Assembly: GCA_965222225.1 (NCBI GenBank)
Contig: CBDCTK010000002.1
Span: forward strand, 4,384,001-4,448,000
Reading direction: 5' to 3'
From: Candidatus Poribacteria bacterium
GTDB taxonomy: Bacteria; Poribacteria; WGA-4E; JAJDTR01
DNA length: 64,000 bases
Under the pieces are notes generated by a model. It did no database searches. It worked only from the letters and a program-made list of their open reading frames with translations, and had not been told where the DNA came from. Positions 1-8,922 of the stretch are shown here, in pieces (positions within the stretch are counted from its first letter, which is position 1; the number at the start of each line of letters is the position of its first letter). A program made the position numbers and the translations under genes.

Positions 1-279
1 TTTGAAGGTACCGAACCTACCGGCTGGGGTGTGCTGGAGCTTGCATCAAGAGATCGCCGACGTGCCATTGCGGGCATATTTCAACTGTCGGCGCCGCAAG
101 AGAGTGAGTATTGTTTACGCTTCCGCGGCTTGGATGTTTCCAAACGCTATCTCGTGACCTGGGACAATAGTGGTCAGACCTGCGAAATAGACGGCTTTAC
201 GCTCATGAAACAGGGCGTCACAATTCGGCTTGAAGGAGCGTTAACTTCAGAGTTATTGCGATGCAATGCAACCGAATAA
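1..279 (+). CDS. C-terminal fragment of a glycoside hydrolase (GH36 alpha-galactosidase C-terminal domain-like); gene starts before the window
   Basis: Frame is open from position 1 (FEGTEPTGWGVLEL...). 'LRFRGLDVSKRYLV...IDGFTLMKQGVTIRL' resembles the GH36 C-terminal beta-sandwich. Confidence 0.6.
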   Translation, partial: FEGTEPTGWGVLELASRDRRRAIAGIFQLSAPQESEYCLRFRGLDVSKRYLVTWDNSGQTCEIDGFTLMKQGVTIRLEGALTSELLRCNATE

Positions 280-2212
280 ACCACAAGGAGAATTTCCGAT
301 GAAAGCAACGAAGTCTCACTCTGGCTTAACGCTTATTTTTTATCTCTGTTCCGTTGCCGCGCCAACTCTGCTGGTGCTTTCCGTTGTTGCGGCGGAGCCG
401 AAACAAGTTCCCGTCCCAGAGGAGGCGCACAATCCACCGTGGCTGGAAAGCCGTAGGCAGGCGCAGTTGGAGACAGTCGATCAGTTCAAGGTTTTCTATG
501 ATTTTCAGTTTACTGACCGCGTCATGGATAGCGGAATTCAATTTGTTCACCAGATAGTGGATGATGCCGGGAAAGCCTATAAGTTGGTTCATTACGACCA
601 TGGCAATGGGGTGGTAATTGCAGACGTTGACAAGGACGAACTGTATGATATCTACTTTATCAATCAGCTGGGAAGCAACGAGTTGTGGAGGAACCTAGGG
701 GACGGCAGATTTGAAAACATTACGGAATCCGCAGGTGTGGCGGTAGCGGACCGCATCAGCGTCACCGCTTCCTTTGCCGATACTGACAACGACGGCGATC
801 CGGATCTCTTTGTCACCACGGTCGGAATGGGCAACCTCTTATTTGAAAACGACGGAACCGGCGTGTTTAAGGATGTCACAGAGACATCGGGACTAGGTTA
901 TGTCGGACATTCGTCCAGCGCCATATTCTTCGATTACAACCTTGACGGTCTGCTAGACCTCTTTTTGACCAATGTGGGCGTCTACACCATACCGCTCAAG
1001 GGGCGAGGCGGCTATTGGGTCGGGCTTAGGGATGCCTTCACCGGTCACTTAAAGCCGGATCGCACCGAAAACAGCATTCTTTACAGGAATATGGGGGACA
1101 ATCGTTTCGAGGATGTCACCGAAGAAACCGGCTTGATTGATGGAAGCTGGAGCGGCGACGCCTCGCCGATAGATGTCAACGGCGACAATTACCCGGACCT
1201 GTATGTGTTGAACATGCAGGGCCATGATGAATATTACGAGAACGTTAAGGGCGAGTCCTTTGTGAAGAAGAGCCGTGAAGTCTTCCCGAAAACCCCGTGG
1301 GGCTCAATGGGAATCAAGGTTTTTGACTATAACAATGATGGTTTGCTGGACATCATTATTTCGGACATGCACTCGGACATGTCCGAGGATATTGGTCCGG
1401 CGCGCGAGAAGTTGAAATCCCGGATGCAGTGGCCCGAGTCCTCACTACGCTCCGGGGGTAACAGTATCTTCGGCAATGCGTTCTTCAAAAACGAGGGCGG
1501 TGGCAATTATGTAGAGGTCTCGGACGAGATAGGCACCGAGAACTATTGGCCCTGGGGATTAAGTGTCGGCGACCTGAATGCGGACGGGTACGACGATGTG
1601 TTCATAACCTCGAGTATGAACTATCCGTTTCGATACGGTGTGAACTCCCTGCTGCTGAACAATCGCGGTGGAATGTTTCTTGATAGTGAATTCATCGTAG
1701 GCGTTGAACCTCGTCGAGATGGACGAACGACGAAGCCGTGGTTTGAGCTCGATTGTTCAGGCGAGGATAGGGGACACAAGGATTGCAAGGGGCAAACGGG
1801 GCGGATTACGGTGCTTGGGGCATTGGGGACGCGATCGTCCGTCATCTTCGATCTGGATGACGACGGTGACTTGGACATCGTCACGAACGAGTTCAACTCT
1901 GAGCCGTTGGTTTTAATCAACAATTTGTCCGATAAGAAAACAGTCAATTATCTTAAGGTGAAGCTGATCGGGACAGACTCAAACAGAGATGGATTGGGTG
2001 CCAAGGTTACGGTTACCGCTGGTGCGAAGTCCTACGTTAAAGTCCATGACGGACAGTCGGGCTACCTTTCACAGAGCCTATATCCTCTGTACTTCGGATT
2101 AGACGACGCAGGCCAAGTGGATCGGATTGACGTCCATTGGCCCTCGGGCAAAAGGCAGGTCGTTACGGGTCCTCTTGATGCCAGTAAATTGATTGAAATA
2201 AAGGAGGAATGA
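266..2212 (+). CDS. CRTAC1-family protein (FG-GAP/VCBS repeats plus ASPIC/UnbV C-terminal domain), probably secreted
   Basis: Repeated DxDxDGxxDL motifs, C-terminal 'SNRDGLGAKVTV...GQSGYLSQ...LYFGL...WPSG' and a hydrophobic N-terminus. True start is probably ATG 299 (AGGAG upstream). Confidence 0.9.
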   Translation: MQPNKPQGEFPMKATKSHSGLTLIFYLCSVAAPTLLVLSVVAAEPKQVPVPEEAHNPPWLESRRQAQLETVDQFKVFYDFQFTDRVMDSGIQFVHQIVDDAGKAYKLVHYDHGNGVVIADVDKDELYDIYFINQLGSNELWRNLGDGRFENITESAGVAVADRISVTASFADTDNDGDPDLFVTTVGMGNLLFENDGTGVFKDVTETSGLGYVGHSSSAIFFDYNLDGLLDLFLTNVGVYTIPLKGRGGYWVGLRDAFTGHLKPDRTENSILYRNMGDNRFEDVTEETGLIDGSWSGDASPIDVNGDNYPDLYVLNMQGHDEYYENVKGESFVKKSREVFPKTPWGSMGIKVFDYNNDGLLDIIISDMHSDMSEDIGPAREKLKSRMQWPESSLRSGGNSIFGNAFFKNEGGGNYVEVSDEIGTENYWPWGLSVGDLNADGYDDVFITSSMNYPFRYGVNSLLLNNRGGMFLDSEFIVGVEPRRDGRTTKPWFELDCSGEDRGHKDCKGQTGRITVLGALGTRSSVIFDLDDDGDLDIVTNEFNSEPLVLINNLSDKKTVNYLKVKLIGTDSNRDGLGAKVTVTAGAKSYVKVHDGQSGYLSQSLYPLYFGLDDAGQVDRIDVHWPSGKRQVVTGPLDASKLIEIKEE

Positions 2213-2318
2213 AGGGGGTTGATTTAGAGCCTGTTTGAATAATCGGTGGCAAAGCCATTTTTGGTCATTTGTAGGAAGTTTTTTCATGTTTTCATTGTTT
2301 GGCTGCTACATAACCTGT

Positions 2319-2354
2319 AGGATCTCTATCGCAGCCGCTATCCGTTCGTTTGAT
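2319..2354 (+). repeat. 36-bp dispersed hairpin unit
   Basis: AGGATCTCTATCGCAGCCGCTATCCGTTCGTTTGAT. Confidence 0.85.
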
Positions 2355-2385
2355 CCCCGCTGGGGCTTTTAGAGGCTGGTGCGCA

Positions 2386-2421
2386 GGGATCTCTATCGCA
2401 GTCATTATTCATTCCTTTGAT
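2386..2421 (+). repeat. 36-bp dispersed hairpin unit inside a GGTGCGCA..CGCACCC palindrome
   Basis: GGGATCTCTATCGCAGTCATTATTCATTCCTTTGAT. The uninterrupted host palindrome is present in the MITE copy near 37130-37150. Confidence 0.85.
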
Positions 2422-2599
2422 CGCACCCTGCAAACTGTACTTTTCAAACAGGCGCTTAATCTCAATTTTCTCGAAATTGTTTAGGTTCTGTTGACAGATC
2501 ATCGTTACCTAGATGATTGAGGGAGGCATAAATTGGTTCGCTGATATAAACAAATTGGACTATGTGACCGCGAGTTGGTGTTAAGTCAGGGTGGGAAGA

Positions 2600-2635
2600 G
2601 GAATCTCTATCGCGCTCATTGCCCACTCAATTGAT
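2600..2635 (+). repeat. 36-bp dispersed hairpin unit followed by an extra right half
   Basis: GGAATCTCTATCGCGCTCATTGCCCACTCAATTGAT then CTTCATTCAGTCACTTGAC. Confidence 0.75.
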
Positions 2636-2662
2636 CTTCATTCAGTCACTTGACACTACGGA

Positions 2663-2687
2663 GTCGCGAGTGAAACTCGCTCCTACA
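2663..2687. repeat. GTAG-type REP-like palindrome
   Basis: GTCGCGAGTGAAACTCGCTCCTACA. Related copies occur near 12427, 15271, 19023, 49233 and 53863. Confidence 0.7.
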
Positions 2688-2744
2688 GGTGTTGGGTTTC
2701 ACTGTGTTTAACCCGACCTACGGGTTAGTTGTGGGCGGGGCAAG

Positions 2745-2780
2745 GGGATCTCTATCGCACTCGCTATCCGCTCGCTCGAT
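2745..2780 (+). repeat. 36-bp dispersed hairpin unit in the loop of a GGCGGGG..CCCCGCC REP-like palindrome
   Basis: GGGATCTCTATCGCACTCGCTATCCGCTCGCTCGAT. The same host context occurs at 18875. Confidence 0.85.
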
Positions 2781-2983
2781 CCCCGCCTACGGATTCGGTG
2801 TCGCACGGCTTTCCGTTCAGTCCAGTCGTTGTATTTTTGTACAAGTCGAGCTAAGAATCTGTAACCGTGGACTATTGAGTACGTAAGTTTCATAGTCAGA
2901 TTTCGCACCCTCGTTAATGGGATTGGGGTTGTCGGATTCGAAATCGGCAACTGCAATTTTTTCTTTTCGCTGCAAAAAAACTG

Positions 2984-3012
2984 TTGACACACCACGGGAA
3001 TTTAACTATAAT
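2984..3012 (+). promoter_or_regulatory. sigma70-type promoter for the LamG array
   Basis: Perfect TTGACA-17 bp-TATAAT. Confidence 0.8.
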
Positions 3013-3211
3013 TAAGGTAATCTGGCAGTTATAAGTTGTCGGAGAAGGCAGCAATGATGTTTTTTGATGCCACAGTTGAGTGATAATCGTGTAAATTGAT
3101 AGATGGTTTTCTCCCAAAACGGTTGAAATGTCGTAGGGGGAAACTAAGAACCGGGTATATGGAACCCGGAATGATGTTTGCGGGCTAAAGCAATCCCGTA
3201 AATGTATACGG

Positions 3212-4108
3212 GTGAGATGCGCTTCGCCGCTTCCTCCCCTCAAATTAATAAACATGAAGGAGATTGACATGAATATGGGTTTTGTTAGATCAAGCCTATT
3301 ATGCCTAGGTGTGCTCTTGGCGTGCCTAGCCTTTACAAACATTAGCGACGCCGTCACAATGGACGATGTCCTTGCTGTCTGGACTTTCGACGAAAATGCT
3401 GGTGAAGAAGCCGCGGATAGCTCCGGCAACGGCAACAATGCCGAATTCAAATCAGGCGCTCCCCAATGGGTCGCCGGTAAATTCGGCAGCGCGTTGCAGT
3501 TTAACGGCGGCGACGCCGAAGACGGCGACTGGGCAGAAACGGGTGCCCCGGTCGTTGTGGATAGCGTTGACTTCACGATGGGTTGTTATGTGAATCCAGG
3601 CGACTCCCAGAAAACTTGGACGAACATTCTCTCAAGCCACGAAGAGCCGCCGCGCCGTGGTATTTCCTTTGAGATGATTGAAAACAATCTCAATTTGTTC
3701 GGTATTGCTGTTGGCGACGGTGAAAACTGGGCCGGGAATGGTACCGTTCAGCTTGACACCGGCGTGTGGAACCACATGGCTTTCGTTCGTACCGGCAATA
3801 TTGGCACATGGTATTGGAATGGCGTGCCCGAAGAATTCGAGATGCCGGGAGGCATGTTTGAATTGGCATCCGCCAATCCGGTTGTCGCCGCCACCAAACC
3901 CTTCCGCATTGGCAACTGGATACTCGGGGGCCGCGAATTCAACGGAGCCGTTGACGACGCTTTCATCTTTGGGAGACCGTTGAGCGCCGACGACATTGCC
4001 GATATCGCAGCGAACGGTATTGCTGCCGCACTTGCTGGCGGTGGAACTCTCGTTGATCCGAGGGACAAGGCATCGGTTACTTGGGGAGAGATTAAAGCCC
4101 GAAGGTAA
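3212..4108 (+). CDS. Secreted LamG (concanavalin A-like) domain protein
   Basis: Signal peptide, WTFDE..G, GKFGSALQF, WNHMAF, FNGAVDD and C-terminal VDPRDKASVTWGEIK. True start is probably ATG 3269 (AAGGAG RBS). Confidence 0.85.
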   Translation: MRCASPLPPLKLINMKEIDMNMGFVRSSLLCLGVLLACLAFTNISDAVTMDDVLAVWTFDENAGEEAADSSGNGNNAEFKSGAPQWVAGKFGSALQFNGGDAEDGDWAETGAPVVVDSVDFTMGCYVNPGDSQKTWTNILSSHEEPPRRGISFEMIENNLNLFGIAVGDGENWAGNGTVQLDTGVWNHMAFVRTGNIGTWYWNGVPEEFEMPGGMFELASANPVVAATKPFRIGNWILGGREFNGAVDDAFIFGRPLSADDIADIAANGIAAALAGGGTLVDPRDKASVTWGEIKARR

Positions 4109-4148
4109 CTTCAAGCAGATAACTCTCTTGGGTAATCAACATCCATCC

Positions 4149-4177
4149 GTGAGGGCACGAGTTCCATGTGCCCTCAC
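4149..4177. terminator. Intergenic hairpin between LamG genes
   Basis: GTGAGGGCAC...GTGCCCTCAC inverted repeat; no clear U tract. Confidence 0.4.
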
Positions 4178-4202
4178 ATCTCCTATAGGAAGATTTTAGG
4201 AA

Positions 4203-5009
4203 ATGATAAAAGTCACAAATCTAAGACTTTTCCTCTTCGTTCTCCTGCTTGGCTATGGTTGTTTTCTCTCGGCAAACATCGCTGTGGCGCAACTCGACTT
4301 TGATGGCGCCTTGGGGATTTGGCTGTTTGACGAGGGACGAGGGGATAACATTGAGGATTTCTCCGGCAACGACAATAACGGGGCAGTTGCGCAAGGCAAC
4401 CCCAATTGGGTGGATGGGAAGTTCGGCATGGCATTGGAGTTTGAACAGAATAGCTGGGTGACAATGGATACTCCTGTCGTGACAGTCGAAAAGATGGTTG
4501 ATTTCAGCATGGGGTGTTGGGCGAACCCCGAGAACAAACAAAAGACGTGGACAAATATTCTGTCCAGCCACCAAGAGCCGCCGCGCCGGGGTATTTCGTT
4601 TGAAATGATTAACAACGACCTCAATGTGTTCGGGATTGCTATTGGCGACGGAATAAATTGGGCGGGGGCAGGAAAAGTCCAACTAAAAACCGGTGCTTGG
4701 AATCACTTGGCGTTCGTCCGCACAGGCCGAAACGGAACATGGTACTTGAACGGAAAAATCCAAGGTAAATTCGGCTTGGCTTCGGATGATCCCGTTGTCG
4801 CTGCAACATCCGACTTTCGAATTGGCAATTGGGTGCTCGGGACTAGGGAGTTTAACGGCAAGGTTGACGAATCGTTTGTTTTTAGCCGTGCGTTAAGTGC
4901 CGATGAAATTGACATCATCGCCAAGAAGGGCATTGAGAACGCACAAGCCGTTTCCCCCAAAGACAAAGCGACTACGACTTGGGGAAAAATAAAATCCTGG
5001 CATCAATAA
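4203..5009 (+). CDS. Secreted LamG domain protein
   Basis: Close paralogue of 3212-4108 (shared QKTWTNILSSH.EPPRRGISFEMI); C-terminal VSPKDKATTTWGKIK. Confidence 0.88.
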   Translation: MIKVTNLRLFLFVLLLGYGCFLSANIAVAQLDFDGALGIWLFDEGRGDNIEDFSGNDNNGAVAQGNPNWVDGKFGMALEFEQNSWVTMDTPVVTVEKMVDFSMGCWANPENKQKTWTNILSSHQEPPRRGISFEMINNDLNVFGIAIGDGINWAGAGKVQLKTGAWNHLAFVRTGRNGTWYLNGKIQGKFGLASDDPVVAATSDFRIGNWVLGTREFNGKVDESFVFSRALSADEIDIIAKKGIENAQAVSPKDKATTTWGKIKSWHQ

Positions 5010-5120
5010 CCTAACTAACGCCCTGAGGAGTTTGTATTGAGTTCCTTTCGGGTTGCATAACCCAGTGGGCCGTAGGACGTGGCCCCTTAAACATTACATC
5101 AACAGCAAAGGAGGTCTCTG

Positions 5121-5267
5121 TCGGGATGATTCATGTGTTACGTCTGTTCCGTTGAACTTCCAGTTGGTGCGTGTTGAGCTCACGGAAGAAGCATATTCCT
5201 GACATTATAAACGTCAGTCAACTTAGGATGTGTTCACCTATTTTTGAATCTTCCCGGCAAAAAACTC
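5121..5267 (+). repeat. Conserved upstream region repeated before three LamG genes (also 6201-6340 and 7260-7398)
   Basis: Shared TCGGGATgaTTcATGTGTTACGTCTGTTC.GTT...CTCAC.GA.GAAGC...ACATTAT...CTATTT.TGAATC.TCCC. Confidence 0.8.
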
Positions 5268-6104
5268 ATGAAGATAATAATTGCTAAAGTAACGCTTTTC
5301 GCCATCAGTTTTGTATTCGTAGGTTTATTATTCACGAGCGCCGCCCATTCACAGCCTTTTCTGAGAAAAGCCGTGGCAATCTGGCTGTTTGATGAAGACG
5401 GGGGCAAGAAAGTCAACGATTTTGCCCGCAATAACCACGATGGCGAGTTTGAGGGCAAACCTGATTGGGTGCCGGGTAAATTCGGGTCGGCATTAGAGTT
5501 CAGCGGCGCGGACGAAAACCAGTGGGTAGACATTAACCGTCCGGTGGTCGTAGACACCGTTGATTTCAGCATCGGATGCTGGCTGTTACCAGGCGCCCCG
5601 CAGCACTGGCACCAGAATGTACTCGCCGGTCGGGACGCAGACGGGTCAGATACGGGCATTTCCCTTGCGCAGTACGAAAACGCGGTCAATAGCTATCGAA
5701 TTGTTATCGGAGGCGTGTTCAATTGGCAGGGGTTGGGCAATCCGAGACACGCTGCCAGAATAAATCAGGATGAATGGACGCATCTGGTTTTCGTGCGTGA
5801 AGGTAGGAACGGGATATGGTATAAAAACGGCGAACCCGATCGTCCGAAACGCGGCGATTTCTATATTGATATAGGATCAGTGAAACCAGCGAATCCTTCT
5901 GAGGCAAACTTCCGCATAGGAGCCGCTGTATTTGATGAAGCACGGCGCTACAGAGGCATTATTGACGAGGCGTTCGTGTTTGAAAGAGCGCTGAGTCAGG
6001 AAGAAGTTCAACGGGTCATGAACGAGGGATTTCAGGAAGCGCAAAACGTCGATTCCAAGGGCAAGACCGCGACGGTCTGGGGACAGATAAAGTCGCGGCA
6101 TTAG
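5268..6104 (+). CDS. Secreted LamG domain protein
   Basis: Signal peptide MKIIIAKVTLF...AHS, WLFDE, GKFG, WTHLVF; C-terminal VDSKGKTATVWGQIK. The ORF track starts it at 5244. Confidence 0.88.
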   Translation: MKIIIAKVTLFAISFVFVGLLFTSAAHSQPFLRKAVAIWLFDEDGGKKVNDFARNNHDGEFEGKPDWVPGKFGSALEFSGADENQWVDINRPVVVDTVDFSIGCWLLPGAPQHWHQNVLAGRDADGSDTGISLAQYENAVNSYRIVIGGVFNWQGLGNPRHAARINQDEWTHLVFVREGRNGIWYKNGEPDRPKRGDFYIDIGSVKPANPSEANFRIGAAVFDEARRYRGIIDEAFVFERALSQEEVQRVMNEGFQEAQNVDSKGKTATVWGQIKSRH

Positions 6105-6340
6105 CCAATTTTCTAGTTCCCAAACCTGCTGTTAAAGATTCTTAGGAATCTGAAGTCGACACAAACGATCAACGTGCCACGGGAGACTTGCCGCAGGAGA
6201 TCGGGATGATTCATGTGTTACGTCTGTTCTGTTAATCTTCAGGTTGGCACGCGCCGATCCTCACTGAGGAAGCGTGCCCTAACATTATAGGCTTCCATAA
6301 AAGTACCCGGCTATTTCTGAATCGTCCCGGAAAACAACTT

Positions 6341-7177
6341 ATGAACATGATTATTGCTAGATTCACACTTTTCGCTATCAGTTCTTTATTCGTAAGCTTA
6401 ACCTTAACGGATGTCGCTCATTCCCAGCCTTTTTTGAAAAATGCGGTGGCAATCTGGCTTTTCGACGAAGGCAGGGGCAAAGAAGTTACCGATTTTGCCC
6501 GCAATGACCACGACGGGGAGTTCGCTGGAAAACCCGAATGGGTTCCTGCCAAATTTGGGACAGGTTTGAAATTCCTCGGCGCAGACCAAAATACGTGGGT
6601 AGACATTGAACGTCCGGTCGTCGTGAACTCGGTTGATTTGAGTATCGGATGCTGGATGCTTCCAAGCAACCCGCAAGAGCGGTTCCAAAATGTACTTTCC
6701 GGTCGAGACGGAGAGATATCGGACGCCGGAATCGCCCTTCTGCAATACGAAAATACCACCAATAATTATCGGATTGCTATTGGAGGCGTGTTCAATTGGC
6801 AGGGGTTGGGAAATCCCAGGCATACTGCCAAGGTAGTTAAAGATGAATGGACGCATCTGGTTTTCGTGCGCGAAGGTAGGAACGGGATATGGTATATAAA
6901 CGGCGAACCCGATCGCCCGAAACGCGGGAACTTTCATATTGATACAGGTTCCAATAGACCTGCGAAACCTACCGATACGAATTTCCGCATAGGAGCCGCC
7001 GCATTTGATGAAAACCGGCGCTACCGAGGCGTTCTTGACGAGGCGTTTATATTTGAAAGAGCGCTGAGTCAAGAGGAGGTTCAACTCATCATGAACGAAG
7101 GATTCCTAGAAGCGCAAAATGTGGACGCCAAGGGCAAAGCCGCAACTGTCTGGGGCAGAATAAAATCGTCGCGTTAG
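6341..7177 (+). CDS. Secreted LamG domain protein
   Basis: Tandem paralogue of 5268-6104; C-terminal VDAKGKAATVWGRIK. Confidence 0.88.
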   Translation: MNMIIARFTLFAISSLFVSLTLTDVAHSQPFLKNAVAIWLFDEGRGKEVTDFARNDHDGEFAGKPEWVPAKFGTGLKFLGADQNTWVDIERPVVVNSVDLSIGCWMLPSNPQERFQNVLSGRDGEISDAGIALLQYENTTNNYRIAIGGVFNWQGLGNPRHTAKVVKDEWTHLVFVREGRNGIWYINGEPDRPKRGNFHIDTGSNRPAKPTDTNFRIGAAAFDENRRYRGVLDEAFIFERALSQEEVQLIMNEGFLEAQNVDAKGKAATVWGRIKSSR

Positions 7178-7725
7178 GCAGATGTTTCCGTGCTCAAGTC
7201 TGCGGTTAAGAATCCTCGAAATCTGAAGTCGACATTAATTATTAACTGGTAACAGGAAATCGGGATAGTTTATGTGTTACGTCTGTTCCGTTGACCTATC
7301 AGTTGATATGTCTTGCCTCACGGAAGAAGCGTATCTTGACATTATTGGGTTTCCGTGGAAGCGCCCACCTATTTCTGAATCTTCCCCTCAAAAAATTCAT
7401 GAAGACTATATTGCTAAGCGCCCGCTTAAATAATCGGTAGTAATGTTATTGGGACTTAGTAGTTAACTGCTTTTTGGTCGATTTGCTTGCTTTTCTCTTC
7501 TTAATGTACAATCATTTTAGACAGTGTTCGGAATCTTGATTCACACTAAAATACATCTCTATAAGAGAGAAATGGAGGCATATCATGTTGACCAAGCGTT
7601 TGTACATGCTCGCGGGAGCATTGCGGGTTATCTGCGGGATTTTAATTTCCAACACTATGGGATTTTCAGCACACCATGATGTTGTCGTTGACAGAATATA
7701 CCGATAGCCAAACAATTCATGTGGC

Positions 7726-8580
7726 TCAGGTGAAGCATTCATCAAAAAATCTTATGAAAATCTCATCATCTTTTCTGCGATTATATTTCCAGCAAGACTC
7801 CATGATATACAGTGGCAGCCACTTCTTGCTGTAGTGATGATGCGTTCCGTAGAATGACCTCTTGACACAAGCCCAAAACGACTCGATGGTGTTGGTGTGA
7901 GTTACGCCGTCCTCAGAAACATATCTCTCTTGGTGATGGATAACATGTCTTTCGATATCTTCGTCCAGACTATTGTAAGAGCGAAATTCATCAGTCATAA
8001 GAATAGACTCATCGGGTGAGACATTGCTAAGGATGAATTCTCTGATATTTTCACCAGATAGAACCTTCATGAATTTAGCAACCACCCGACCGCCTCTCTC
8101 GACTACGCCGATGACGGGAGATTTATTTGTGCCTCTACCTCTCTTAGATTTTGCTCTGGGTTTGCCGCCGACATAGGTTTCGTCCGCTTCAACTATCCCT
8201 TTCAGCAATTCATCACTATCACTCATTTTCTCACGGAGGCGCATTGCCATATACCAAGCGGACTTTTGATTCATGTCCAAGTCACGAGCAAGCTGACAAC
8301 TCGATATGCTTTTCTTGGCATTGGAAAGAATTGAGATAGCCAAAAACCATTTCTGGAGAGGTATCTTGGTACCATGGAAGATGGTTCCTGCTGTAGCCGA
8401 AAAGCTAGATTCACAATCGTAGCAATTCCAACCAGTAGTAATGTCGTTTTTGTTCTTGCGTCCAACTTTTTCACTGCCACAGTGGATACAGCAAACACCG
8501 TCCTTCCAACGTTTTTCCTCTATAAATCTGAGACAAGATTCTTGATTTGGAAACTCTTTCATAAGATTCAAAATGTCCAT
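7726..8580 (-). CDS. IS1595-family (ISXO2-like) DDE transposase
   Basis: N-terminal zinc ribbon (CIHCGS...CYDC), GTIFHGTKIPL, VEADETYVGG, MTDE, HTNTIESFW. Confidence 0.92.
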   Translation of the reverse strand: MDILNLMKEFPNQESCLRFIEEKRWKDGVCCIHCGSEKVGRKNKNDITTGWNCYDCESSFSATAGTIFHGTKIPLQKWFLAISILSNAKKSISSCQLARDLDMNQKSAWYMAMRLREKMSDSDELLKGIVEADETYVGGKPRAKSKRGRGTNKSPVIGVVERGGRVVAKFMKVLSGENIREFILSNVSPDESILMTDEFRSYNSLDEDIERHVIHHQERYVSEDGVTHTNTIESFWACVKRSFYGTHHHYSKKWLPLYIMESCWKYNRRKDDEIFIRFFDECFT

Positions 8581-8764
8581 AGCAAACTCCTACGAGAAGA
8601 ATAGTCACTATGGACATCTACGTGTGACGAAAAGATTTACGACAGGGTACCAAGTTTTATGTTTGTCGTCAGTCTAAAAGCTACAAGCTACTAATTCCGA
8701 TGTTATTACCGGTGGTTTGAGGGTGGGCGTTTTTATGTTTTTTCAGTCGCCTCCGATTTACCTA

Positions 8765-8863
8765 GAAGATATCTATCGCATTGGGATCTCAATCACATTC
8801 CTTGTTCGGTCATGTGATTCATTCGCACGCTTAATTGCAGGGGTCACTATCCATTCCTTTGAT
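8765..8863 (+). repeat. Decayed nested cluster of 36-bp units
   Basis: GAAGATATCTATCGCATT[GGGATCTCAATCACATTCCTTGTTCGGTCATGTGAT]... followed by TCACTATCCATTCCTTTGAT. Confidence 0.65.
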
Positions 8864-8922
8864 CGCGCGCTTCAAGAGTGCTGATGATAAACTTGGTTTT
8901 AAGCGAATGGTGATAAAAGAAG

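Larger units (their letters stand above)
2227..2455. mobile_element. MITE (non-autonomous, IS5/IS1031-like ends) containing two 36-bp units
   Basis: Terminal inverted repeats GAGCCTGTTTGAA...TTCAAACAGGCGC flanked by TTA/TTA. An inverted homologous copy lies at 37105-37307. Confidence 0.75.

Noticed and set aside
2689-2886. Short ORFs reading 'ISIA...' or 'SLS...' across repeat regions (also 18845-19066, 36045-36251, 50251-50598 and the 5' part of 12401-12913)
   Set aside because: They are translations of REP/MITE/36-bp repeats, with no RBS or protein-like character.
7433-8715. Exact IS1595 ends and 8-bp target duplication (ATCGGTAG / ACCGGTGG)
   Set aside because: Only 6/8 match and the inverted repeats are imperfect, so boundaries cannot be fixed from one copy.
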